DNA of 64,000 bases from the human T2T-CHM13v2.0 reference genome, Homo sapiens: assembly GCF_009914755.1 (NCBI RefSeq), contig NC_060925.1. One strand, written 5' to 3'. Shown here piece after piece: positions 26,485-38,702 of this stretch. A program made the translations under genes and the position numbers. The notes under the pieces are model-generated. The model was not told where the DNA came from. It saw nothing but the letters and a program-made list of their open reading frames with translations, and searched no databases. Numbering within the stretch: the first letter of the stretch is position 1; each line of letters opens with the position of its first letter.

Positions 26485-29400
26485 ATATCTTCACATAAAA
26501 ACTAGATAAAAGCATTCTCAGAATCTGCTTTCTGATGTGTGCATTCAAGTCACAGAGTTGAACCTTTCCTTTGATAGAGCAGTTTTGAAACTCTCTTTTT
26601 GTAGAAACTGCAATTGTTCATTTTGAGCCCTTTGAGGCTTATGTTGGAAAAGAAAATATCTTCACATAAAAACTAGACAGAAGCATTCTCAGAAACTTCT
26701 TTGAGATGTGTGCATTCAACTCACAGAGTTGAACCTTCTTTTTGAGAGAGCAGTTTTGAAACCTTCTTTTTGTAGAATCTGCAAGTGGATATTTGGAGCG
26801 ATTTGAGGTCTATGTTGGAATACGGAATATCTTCATATAAAAACTAGATAGAAGCATTCTCAGTGACTTCTTTGCGGTGTGTGCATTCAACTCACAAAGT
26901 TGAACATTTCTTTTGATAGAGCAGTTTTGAAACACTCTTTTGTGGAATCTGCTTGTAAGAATTGTGAGCTTTTTTAGGCCTTCGTTGGAAACGGTATATC
27001 TTCACATAAAAACTAGACAGAAGGATTCTCAGAAACGGCTTTGTGATGTGTGCTTTCGACTCACAGAGTTGAAACTTTCTTTTGATACAGCAGTTTTGAA
27101 ACACTGTTTTTGCAGAATCTGCAAGTGTTCATTTGGAGAGCCTTGAGTCCTTTGGTGGAAAAGGAAATATCTTCACATAAAAACTTGATAGAAGCATTCT
27201 CAGAAACATCTTTGTGATGTGTGCATTCAAATCACAGAGTTGAACCTTCCTTTCTATAGAGCAGTTTTGAAACAGTCTTTTTGTAGGATCTGAAAGTGGA
27301 AATTTGGAGCGATTTGAAGCCTGTGGTGGAAAAGGAAATATCTTTAATGAAAACTTGACAGAAGCATTCTTGGGAACGTTTTTCTGATGTGTGCATTTAA
27401 CTCACAGAGTTTAAACTTTCTTTTGATAGAGCAGTTTTCAAACCCTCATTTGTGGAATTTGCTTGTGGATATTTGGAGCTTTTTGAGGCCTTCATTGGAA
27501 GCGAGATATCTTCATGTAAAAACTACATGGAAGCATTCTCAGAAACTGCTTTGTGATGTTGCATTCAACTCAGAGAGTTGAACATTTCTTTTCATAGTGT
27601 AGTTTTGAAACACTCTTTTTGTAGGATCTGCAAGTCTTCATTTGGATCGCTTTGAGGTCTACGGTGGAAAAGGAAACATCTTCACATAACAACTAGACAG
27701 AAGCATTCTCAGAAACTTCTTTGTAATGTGTGCATTCAACTCACAGAGTTGAAGCTTTCTTTTTATAGCACAGTTTTGAAACACTCCTTTTGTAGTATCT
27801 GCAAGTGTTCATTTGGATCGCTTTGAGGTCTATGGTGGAAAAGGAAATATCTTCACATAAAAACTAGACAGAAGGATTCTCAGAAACTTCTTTGTGGTAT
27901 GTGCATTCAAATCACAGAGTTGAACCTTCCTTTTGACAGAGCAGTTTTGAAGCAGTCTTTTTGCAGAATCAGCAAGTGGATATTTGGAGCAATTTGAGGC
28001 CTATGGTTGAAAAGAAAATATCTTCACATAAAAACTAGACAGAAGCATTCTCAGAAACTTCTTTGTGATGTGTGCATTCAACTAACAGAGTTGAAAATTT
28101 CTTTTCATAGAGCAGTTTTGAAACACTCGTTTTATGGAATCTGCTTGTAAATATTTGGAGCTCTTTAAGGTCTTCTTTGGAAACGGGATATCTTCACATT
28201 AAAAACTTGACAAAAACATTCTCAGAAACTGCTTTGTGATGTGTGCATTCAACTCATGGCTTTGAAACTTTCTTTTGATAAGCAGTTTTGAAACCCTCTT
28301 TTTGTAGAATCTGCATTTGGCCCTTTTGAGCGCATTGAGGCCTACGGTGGAAAAGGAAATATCTTCACATAAAAACTAGACAGAAGCATTCCCAGAAACT
28401 TTTTTGTGATGTGTGCATTCAACTCACAGAGTTGAACCTTCCTTTTGAGAGAGCAGTTTTCAAGCAGTCTTTTTGTAGAATCCACAATGGATATTTAGAG
28501 CGATTTGAGGCCTATGGTGTAAAAGGAAATATCTTCACATAAAACTGGACAGAAGCATTCTCAGGAACTCTTGTGATGTGTGCATTCAACTAACAGAGTT
28601 GAACCTTTCTTTTGATAGAGCCGTTTTGAAACACTCCTTTTGTCTAACCTGCTGGTGGATATTTGGAAATTTTTGAGGACTTCTTTGGAAACGGGAATAT
28701 CTTCACATAAAAACTAGACAGAAGCTTTCTCAGAACCTGCTTTGTGATGTGTGCATTCAACTCATAGAGTTGAACCTTTTTTTTTGATAGAGCAGTTTTG
28801 AAACACTCCTTTTGTCGAATCTGCTCATAGATATTTGGAGGTCTTTGAGGCCTTCATTGGAAATGGGATATCTTCACATTAAAATTAGTCAGAGGCATTC
28901 TCAGAAAGTGATTTTTGATGCGTGCATTCAACTCACAGAGTTGAAAGTTTCTTTTGATAGAGCAGTTTTTAAACACTGTTTTTGTAGAAGCTGCAAATGT
29001 TCATTTAGAGCGCTTTGAGGTCTATGGTGGAAAAGGAAATGTCTTCACATAAAAACTAGACAGGAGCATTCTAAGAAAGTTCTTTGTGATATGTGTTTTC
29101 AACTCACAGAGTTGAACATTTCTTTTGACAGAGGAGTTTTGAAACAGTCTTTTTGTAGAATCTGCAAGTGTTCATTTAAAGAGCTTTGAGGCCTTTTGTG
29201 GAAAAGGAAATATCTTCACATAAAAAATTGACAGAGCATTCTGAGAAACTTCTTTGTGATGTGTGCATTCAACTTACAGGGTAGAACCTTCCTTTCGCTA
29301 TAGCAGTTTTGAAACAGTCTTTTTATAGGATCAGCAAGTGGATATTTGGAGAGATTTGAGGCCTATGGTGGAAAATGTGATATCTTCAGAAAAAAACTTG

Positions 29401-32400
29401 ACAGAAACATTATCAGAAATTTCTTTGTGATGTGTGTATTCAACTGTCAGAGTTGAACTTTTCTTTTGATAGAGCAGTTTTGAATCACTCCTTTTGTAGA
29501 AACTGCCTTTGGATATTTGGAGCTCTTTGAGGTCTTCTTTGGAAATGGGATATCTTGAAATAAAATCTAGATAGAAGCATTCTCAGAAACTGCTTTGTGA
29601 TGTGTGCATTCAACTCACAGAGTGGAACCTTTCTTTTGATAGAGCAGTTTTGAAACACTCTTTTTGTAGTATCTGCAAGTGTTCATTTATAGCACTTTGA
29701 GGCCTATGGTGGAAAAGGAAATATCTTCAAATAAAAATTAGACAGAAGTATTCTCAGAAACTTCTTTGTGATGTGTGCATTCAACTCACAGAGTTGAACT
29801 TTCCTTTTGACAGGGCAGTTTTGAAACAGTCTTTTTGTAGAATCTGCAAGTGAATATTTGGAGCGATTTGAGGCCTATGGTGGAAAAAGAAATATTTTCA
29901 CATAAAAACTAGGCAGAAGCATTCTCAGGAAGTTCTTCGTGATGTGTGCATTCAACTAACAAATTTCAACATTTCTATTGATAGAGCAGTTTTCAAACAC
30001 TCCTTTTCTAGAATCTGCTAATGGATATCTGGAGATTTTTGATACCTTCATTGGAAACGGGAATATTTTCTCATAAAAAGTAGACAGAAGAATCCTCAGA
30101 AAGTTCTTTGTGATGTGTGCATTCAACACACAGAGTTGAACCTTTCTTTTGATAGAGCAGTTTTGAAACACTCTTTTTGTAGAATCTGCAAGTGTTCATT
30201 TAGAGCAATTTGAGGCCTATGGTGGAAAAGGAAATATCTTCACATAATACCTAGACAGAAGCATTCTCAGAAACCTCTTTGTGATGTGTGCATTCAACTC
30301 ACATAGTTGAACATTCCTTTCTATAGAGCAGTGTTGAAACAGTCTTTTTGTAGAATCTGCAAATGGATATTTGGAGCGATTTGAGGCCTATGGTGGAAAA
30401 GGAAATATCTTCACATAAAAACTAAGCAGAAACATTCTCAGGAACAACTTTGTGATGTGTGCATTCCACTAACAGAGTTGAACCATCCTTTTGATAGAGC
30501 AGATTTGAAACACTCCTTTTGTAGAATCTGCTAGAGATATTTGGATATTTTTGAGGACTTTGTTGGAAACGGGAATATCTTCACATAAAAAATAAATATT
30601 AGCATTCTCAAAATCTGCTTTGTGATGTGTGCATTCAACTCACTGAGTTGAACCTTTCTTTTGATAGAGATATTTTGAAACACTCCTTTTGTAGAATCTG
30701 CTTGTGTATATTTGGATCTCTTTGAGGCCTTCGTTGGAAAAGGTATATCTTCACATAAAAACTAGACAGAAGCATTCTCAGAAACTGCTTTGGGATGCAT
30801 GCATTCAACTCAGGTATTTGAACCTTTCTTTTGATAGAGCAGTTTTGAACCTCTCTTTTTGTAGAATCTGCAAGTGTTCATTTGGAGCGCCTTGAGGCCT
30901 ATGGTGGAAAAGGAAATATCTTCACATAAAAAATAGACAGAAGCATTCTCAGAAACTAATTTGTGATGTGTGCATTCAACTCACAGAGTTGAAACTTCCT
31001 TTTGATAGAGCAGTTTTGAAACACTCCTTTTGTAGAATCTGCTAGTGTATATTTGGAGATTTTTGAGGCCTTCATTGGAAAGGGGAATATCTTCACATAA
31101 GAATTAGTCAGAAGCATTCTCAGAAAACGTTTTTTGATGTGTGCATTCAACTCACAGAGTTGAACCTTTCTTTTGATAGAGCAGTGTTGAAACACTCTTT
31201 TTGTAGAAGCTGCAAGTGTTCATTTAGTGCGCTTTGAGGCCTATGGTGGAAAAGGAAATATCTTCACATGAAATCTAGACAGAAGCATTCTCAGAAACTT
31301 GTTGGTGATATGAGCCTTCAACTCACAGAGCTGAACTTTCCTTTTGACAGAGCAGTTTTGAGACAGTCTTTTTGTAGAATCTGCAAGTGTTCATTTGGAG
31401 AGTTTTGAGGCCTATGTTGGAAAAGGAAATATCTTCACATAAAAACCAGACAGAAGCATTCTGAGATACTTCGTTGTGATGTGTGCATTCAAGTCACACA
31501 GTTGAATCTTTCTTTTGAAAGAGCAGTTTTGAAACACTCTTTTTGTAACATGTGCAACTGTTCATTTGGAGCGCTTTGAGGCGTATGGTGGAAAAGGTAA
31601 TATCTTCACATAAAAACTACACAGAAGCATTCTCAGAAACTCCTTTGTGATGTGCGCATTCAACTCACAGAGTTGAACCTTCCTTTGGACAGAGCAGTTT
31701 TGAAACAGTCCTTTTGCAGAATCTGCAAGTGGGTATCTGGAGCTATTTGAGGCCTATGGTGGAAAAGGAAATATCTTCACATAAAAACTAGACAGTAGCA
31801 TTCTCAGGAACTTCTTTGTGATGTGTGCATTCATCTCACAGAGTTGAACGTTCCTTTTGATAGAGTAGTTTTGAAACACTCCTTTTGTAGAATCTGCTAG
31901 TGGATATTTGGAGATTTTTGAGGCCTTCATTGGAAACGGGAATATCTTCACATTAAAACTATTCAGAAACATTCTCAGAAACTGCTTTTGATGTGTGCAT
32001 TCAACACACAGAGTTGGACCTTTCTTTTGATAGAACAGTTTTGAAACAGTCTTTTTGTGGAATCTGCAAGTGGATATTTGGAGCGATTTGGAAACTATCT
32101 TGGAAAAGGAAATATCTTCACCTATAAACTAGACAGAAGCATTCTCAGAAACTTCTTTGTGATTTGTGCATTCAACTCACAGAGTGGAACCTTTCTATTG
32201 ATAGAGCAGTTTTGACACACTCTTTTTGTAGAATCTGCAAGTGTTCATTTGGAGCGCTTTGAAGCCAAAGGTGGAGAAGGAAATATCTTCAAAGAAAAAC
32301 TAGACAGAAACATTCTCAGAAACTTCTTTGTGATGTGTTCCTTCAACTCACAGAGTTGAAACTTCCTTTTGAGAGAGCAGTTTAGAAACAGTCTTTTTTA

Positions 32401-35089
32401 GAATCTGCAAGTGGATATTTGGAGTGATTTGAGGCCTATGGTGGAAAAAAACAATACCTTCACATAAAAACTAGACAGAAGCATTCACAGAAACTTCTTT
32501 GTGATGTGTGCATTCAACTCACAGAGTTGAACATTTCCTTTGATAGAGCAGTTTTGAATCACTCTTCTTGTGGAATCTACTTGGAAATGTTAGGAGCTCT
32601 TTGAGGCCTTCTTTGGAAACGGGATATCTTCACATAAAAACAAGACAGAAGCATTCTCAGAAACTGCTTTGTGATGAGTGCATTAGACTCACAGATTGAA
32701 ACTTTCCTTTGATAGAGTAGATTTGAAACATTCTTTTTCTAGAATCTGCAAGAGTTCATTTGGAGCACTTTGAGGCCTATGGTGTGAAAGGAAATATCTT
32801 CACATAAAAACTAGACAAAAGCATTCTCAGAAACTTCTATGTGCTGTGTGTATTCAACTCACAGAGTTGAAAATTAGTTTTTATAGAGCAGTTTCGAAAC
32901 AATCCTTTTGTAGGATCTGAAAGTGGAAATTTGGAGCGCTTTGAGGCCTACGGTGGAAAAGGAAATATCTTCACATAAAAACTACACAGAGGCATTCTCA
33001 GAAACTTCTTTGTGATGTCTTCATTAAACTCACAGAGTTGAACATTCATTTTTATAGAGCAGTTTCAAAATAGTCTTTTTGTAGGATCTGAAAGTGGAAA
33101 TTTGGAGCGATTTGAGTCCAATGATGGAAAAGGAAATATCATCACGTAAAAACTAGACAGAAGCATTATCAGAAACTCCTTAGTGATGTGTGCATTCAAC
33201 TCACAGAGTTGAACCTTTCTTTTGATAGAGCAGTTTTGAAATAATCCATTTGTTGAATCTGCTTGTGGATATTTGGAGCTCTTTGAGGCGTTCTTTGGAA
33301 ATGGTACATCTTCAAATAAAAACTAGACAGAAACATTCTCAAAAACTGCTTTGTGACGTGTGCATTCAACTCACAGATTTCAACCTTTCTTTTGATGCAG
33401 CAGTTATGAAACACTCTTTCTGTACAATCCGCAATTGTTCATTTTCAGAGCTTTGAGGCCTATGGTGGAAAAGGAAATATCTTCACATAATAACGAGACA
33501 GAAGAATTCTCAGAAACTTCCTTGTAATGTGTGCATTCAACACACTGAGTTATACATTCCTTTTCATAGAGCAGTTTTGAAACAGTCTTTTTGTAGTATC
33601 TGCAAGTGGATATTTGGAGCTATTTGAGGCCTATGGTGGAAATGGAAATATCTTCAAATAAAAACTTGACAGAAGCATTCTCAGAAACTTCTTTGTGATG
33701 TGTGCATTCAACTAACAGAGTGGAAACTTTCTTTTGATATAGCAGTTTTGAAACACTCCTTTTGTAGAATCTGCTGGTGGATATTTGGATCTTTGAAGCC
33801 TCCGTTGCAAACGGGATATCTTCAAATAAAAACTACACTGAAGCATTATCAGAAAGAGCTTTGTGATGTGTGCATTCAAGTCATACAGTAGAACCTTTCT
33901 TTTCATAGAGCAGTTTTGAAAAACTCTTTTTGTAGAAGCTGCAAGAGTTCATTTAGGGTGCTTTGAGGCCTATGGTAGAAAAGGAAATATCTTCACATAA
34001 CAACTAGACAGAAGCATTCTTAGAAACATCGCTGTGAAATATGCATTCAACTCAGAGAGTTGAACCTTTCTTTTGACAGTGCAGTTTTGAAACAGACTTC
34101 GTGTAGAATCTGCAAGTGCATTTTGCAGAATCTGCAGCACTCTCCCTTTGGTTCCCTGACATTCGCTTCGGCCAGAAGATCAAGGGAGTCTGTCCACCCA
34201 GGAGCAGAGGAGAGGATGTCTCTCAAGAATGAGACAGGAAGTGCACAGGAACTGCGACACCACCTGTCCTGGAAGACGAGGCCTGTCACGGTCGCCTAGG
34301 GCTCATTCTAAGCAATCCACCCACCCATGAGGGGAAAAGTGGAGAAGTAGGAAGCTTCCCTGCCTGAGACATGCAGGGAAGCCAAGAGCTCCAGGTTCAT
34401 GAGACCTGCCCAATGAAGCAGAAACACGTTTGGAGAGAGAAACAATCGCGACACGGATCTCCAGGAAGTGTCTCCCTGACGGACTGGGAAGTCGTCTTTG
34501 TGGAAGACATTTGGCCAGAGTGAGAGGCATCAAGGCCCCTGAGAAACAGGGGAGGCAGACCAAGAGGGAGGACAGAGCAGAGGACGGAGCCCAGGCAGGA
34601 TACGGCATCATGCCACCGACCCAGGCATAAGGGGAGGTGTTCCTAAAGGGTGGCTTGTCCAGAGAGGCCAGCATTCCAGTGACAGGGATTGTTGCCATCT
34701 CCCATTCCCGGCTTCCTCTTGCAGACTGTATCATGGTGTGACTTCATTTCTCAGAGAAGAGGCGTGAAAAGATACAAGCATCTTCTCTGACGTGGGTCCG
34801 CTGCTCTCCTGTGGGACAAAGAGCTCCTGTGGGGCTCTTGTCCTCGGCTGCAGTGTGTTCATCTTCATCCTAGAAAGGAGGCCGCTCAGGATGTTGATGA
34901 GATTTCAATTGCTCCGGGAACGACGCATCTCCTCACCTGGGCCAGGCCCTCACACACCCAAAGTGGATCCGCGGCGGCAGAAACCATTGACAACCGGCCT
35001 CATGACCCAGGCAGAGACACAGAAAGAGGCTCACCTGAGACAGACCGCCATGTGAGAAACCGCATTGTGGCGCACAGGGCACATTCGGC

Positions 35090-35280
35090 CAAACACGCAC
35101 ACGCACACGTGCACACAGACACAAACAGACAGAGAGAGGGAAAGAAACACGCAGAGAGTGAGAGACAGAGAGAGAAGAGAGAATGGGAGACACACACCCA
35201 GACACATGCAGACACACACACACTCACACACACACACACACACACACAGAGTCATACAGCAGCGGCATTGAAACACACAC
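35090..35280 (+). repeat. Compound (CA)n/(GA)n tract within the SST1-like monomer
   Basis: CACACACACACTCACACACACACACACACACACAGAG at about 35213-35251, mirrored as (TG)n at about 37663-37690. Confidence 0.9.
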
Positions 35281-35756
35281 CCCCAGTCAACCCCTGAGGC
35301 TGTGGGGTTCTGCTCTCAATGAGAACCACCCTCGGGTGAGAGAGCAGCCCAGGTGCACACAGGCGGACCTGTCCTCGAGATCATGGTGGCACGACTTTTG
35401 GGGAGACTCACCCCAACCAACACCGTCCGGGCAGGCCTGAGGCTGGGATGCCTTGCTGCTTCTCCCGGACTCTGCCTGGGGTTTCCTCAATCTGGTCTGC
35501 GTTTTGCGGCTCCTGGCATCCGGAGACGTTCCAGTCGACCCTGTGGAGAGGTCAGGCCGGAGCCCCAGAGCCCCGACACCCAAGCACTGCCATGGAGGGC
35601 TCCTGCTTTGCCAAGCCTCGGGGACCGGTTTCTAAGACAACCATGGGAAGCACTGTGACTGGAAAAGCCGCTGGCGCCTCGCGCATGTTCATTGGCTGGG
35701 CCGACTCCTGCACCGCTCCTGGCAGTCAGGCTGTGTCCCCTTTAAATAACGCCAAC

Positions 35757-35913
35757 GACGAGTTAGTTGGTGCAGCACACCAGCATGGCACATGTGTAGG
35801 TATGTAACTAACCTGCGTAATGTGCACATGTACCCTAAAACTTAAAGTATAATAAAAAAAAGTTTAAAAAAATAAAATAATAAAATAAAATAAAATAATG
35901 TTTGCTTACACCC

Positions 35914-35948
<35 letters not shown>
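35757..35948 (+). mobile_element. Very short L1PA (PA2/PA3-type) 3' end with A-tail, 16-bp non-L1 tag and (AAAT)n tail
   Basis: GACGAGTTAGTTGGTGCAGCACACCAGCATGGCACATG...CCCTAAAACTTAAAGTATAATAAAA matches the L1 3' end (GAG allele, so not L1HS-Ta). TSD is AAATAACGCCAAC (35744-35756) / AAATAACGCCACC (35949-35961) at a TT/AAAT endonuclease site. Confidence 0.92.
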
Positions 35949-35954
<6 letters not shown>

Positions 35955-36823
35955 CGCCACCGCTGCCCACCGGGGTCGGCTGGATCCGGGGTCCAGTTTG
36001 GGGTGGAGTGGGAGAGGGGCCGCGGGTGTCCTGTCAAAGGGCCAAATCCCCACGAGTGCTGTCCTCGGGACCTCCGTGAGCCGACTTCCACCGAGGGAGG
36101 GGGAGTTTCAGGACGCCTGTTGTGTTCTCAAGACTCCCCTTCAGATCCGATTTTGGCCCCCTCCGAGTGAGATAGGATGGGCTCCCCTCATCTGTTGAGG
36201 CAGGCAGGGCCTCGCTGCAGCACAGAATGATCCCATAGGAATCAAGGCTAAGTGTCAGCTGCAAGTGCACTGATCCATCAGCCCTCTGCCTCCCTCGTCC
36301 TTTGAAAGAGCAGTGGCCTGCCCTGCTTCTAAAATTCCTGGGGCTCCGGAAAGCCGACCCCGCTTTACAGAACACGTGCAAAGAGGAAGACGGGCGAATC
36401 CGAGGTGGAGACCATACGACCACGCGTGGCACTGGTGTGTCCCACTGCAGATGGTGTGAATGTGTGTCACCGGAGGCATACGGGGCGATGGCAAAACAGA
36501 CGGCGGTGTCCAGGCATGTGCCGGGGGAAGGGGGGGAACGAGTGACCTTTCCATCAATGCCAAGGAAAATGGAAGAACACCGGGGACCCGGGGGCTTGGG
36601 GGGGGCTGTGGCTGACCCAAGCCACGTTTTCAAATGCCTACCAGAGGAGCAAAGAGGTTTCTGTAAAATTCGCCCCACCCCCAACCATCCACCGCCCTGG
36701 TAGCCCTGAGGCAACTTCTGCTGCAGCCAGCCACAGCCCCAGCCCCAGCCCCAGACACAGCCCAGTCCCTTTGGTTCTCTGACATTCGCTTCGGCCAGAA
36801 GATCAAGGGAGTCAGTCCACCCA

Positions 36824-36960
36824 GAAGACAGCACTCATGGGGATTTGGCCCTTTGATGGGACACCCGCGGCCCCTCTCCCAAGCCGCCCTAACTGGACCT
36901 CGGATCCAGCCACCCACGCGGCTGCAGCAGGAGCCTCCCTGTCTCCGCGCAGCGGTGGCT

Positions 36961-36995
<35 letters not shown>

Positions 36996-38701
36996 TTTTT
37001 TAGGGTGTAAGCAAATACTATTTTATTTTATTTATTTTATTTTTTTAATCCTTTTTTATTATACTTTAAGTTTTAGGGTACATGTGCACATTGTGCAGGT
37101 TAGTTACATACCTATACATGTGCCATGCTGGTGTGCTGCACCAACTAACTCGTCGGTGGCGTTATTTAAAGGGGAGGCAGCCTGACTGCCAGGAGCGGTG
37201 CGCGAGTCAGCCCAGTCAATGCACATGTGTGAGGCGCGAGCGGCTTCTCCCGTCCCAGTGCTTCCCATGGTTGTCTTAGATACCGGTCCCCGAGGCTTGG
37301 CAAAGCAGGAGACCTCCATGGCAGTGCTTGGGTGTCGGGGCTCTGAGGCTCTGGCCTGACCTCTCCACGGGGTCGACGGGAAGGTCTCTGGATGCCAGGA
37401 GTCGCAAAGGGCAGACCAGGCTGAGGAAATCCCAGGCGGAGTCCGGGAGAAGCAGCACAGCGTCCCAGCCTCAGGCCTGCCCAGACGAAGTTGGTTGGGG
37501 TGAGTCTCCCCAAAAGTCGTGCTGCCATGATCTCGAGGACAGGTCCACCTGCGTGACCCTGGGCTGCTCTCTCACCCAAGGGTCCTTCTCGTCGAGAGCA
37601 GAACCCCGCAGCCTCAGGGGTTGACTGGGGGTGTGTGTTTCAATGTCGCTGCTGTATGACTCTGTGTGTGTGTGTGTGTGTGAGTGTGTGCGTGTCTGCA
37701 TGTGTCTGGGTGTGTGTCTCCCATTCTCTCTTCTCTCTCTGTCTCTCAGTCTCTGCATGTTTCTTTCCCTCTCTCTGTCGGTTTGTGTCTGTGTGCCCAT
37801 GTGCGTGTGCATGTCTGGCCAAATGTGCCCTGTGTGCCACAATGCGGTTTCTCGCATGGCGGTCTGTCTCAGGTGAGCCTCTTTCTGTGTCTCTGCCTGG
37901 GTCATGAGGCCGGTTGTCAATGGTTTCTGCCGCCGTGGATCCACTTTGGGTGTGTGAGGGCCTGGCCCAGGTGAGGAGATGCGTCGTTCCCGGAGCAATT
38001 GAAATCTCATCAACATCCTGAGCGGCCTCCTTTCTAGGATGAAGATGAACACACTGCAGCCGAGGACAAGAGCCCCACAGGAGCTCTTTGTCCCACAGGA
38101 GAGCAGCGGACCCACGTCAGAGAAGATGCTTGTATCTTTTCACGCCTCTTCTCTGAGAAATGAAGTCACACCACGATACAGTCTGCAAGAGGAAGCCGGG
38201 AATGGGAGATGGCAACAATCCCTGTCACTGGAACGCTGGCCTCTCTGGACAAGCCACCCTTTAGGAACACCTCCCCTTATGCCTGGGTCGGTGGCATGAT
38301 GCCGTATCCTGCCTGGGCTCCAGCCTCTGTGCTGTCCTCCCTCTTGCTCTGCCTCCCCTGTTTTTCAGGGGCCTGGATGCCTCTCGCTCTGGCCAAATGT
38401 CTTCCACTAAGACGACTTCCCAGTCCATCAGGGAGACACTTCCTGGAGATCCGTGTTGCGATTGTTTCTCTCTCCAAACGTGTTTCTGCTTCATTGGGCA
38501 GGTCTCATGACCCTGGAGCTCTCGGCTCCCCTGCGTGTCTCAGGCAGAGAAGCTTCCTACTTCTCCACGTTTCCCCTCATGGGTGGGTGCATTGCCTAGA
38601 ATGAGCCCTATGCGAACGTGACAGGCCTCGTCTTCAAGGACAGGTGGTGTTGCAGTTCCTGTGCATTTCCCGTCTCATTCTTGAGGGACATACTCTCCTC
38701 T
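36824..38701 (-). repeat. Inverted SST1/NBL2-like segment, reverse complement of about 34206-36068
   Basis: End-to-end reverse-complement similarity. The ORF track gives the same peptide at 34792(+) and 38115(-) ([19 protein letters not shown]...). Confidence 0.92.
36967..37154 (-). mobile_element. Second copy of the same short L1PA 3' end and tag, in the inverted monomer
   Basis: (ATTT)n-TAGGGTGTAAGCAAA-T-tract-ATACTTTAAGTTTTAGGGTACATG...CTAACTCGTC. Same truncation point and same TSD: GGTGGCTTTATTT (36954-36966) / GGTGGCGTTATTT (37155-37167). Confidence 0.92.
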
Positions 38702-38702
38702 C

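Larger units (their letters stand above)
34136..36823 (+). repeat. GC-rich macrosatellite (SST1/NBL2-like): one full monomer plus the start of a second in tandem
   Basis: GACATTCGCTTCGGCCAGAAGATCAAGGGAGTC recurs at 34158 and 36781. The period is 2623 bp, or about 2.42 kb without the L1 insert. The unit is GC-rich with an internal CA/GA-rich tract, as in SST1/NBL2. Family name is from recall of unit size and composition. Confidence 0.75.

Noticed and set aside
34047-38604. ORFs of 60-266 aa in the GC-rich unit, some identical on opposite strands
   Set aside because: They overlap in all frames, include CA-repeat-derived HT/CV runs and have no recognisable domain. The duplicates reflect the inverted satellite copy.
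34206-38701. DNA transposon or foldback element with long terminal inverted repeats
   Set aside because: There is no TSD (the flanks are alpha satellite and HSat2) and no transposase. The spacer is simply the continuation of the tandem monomer.
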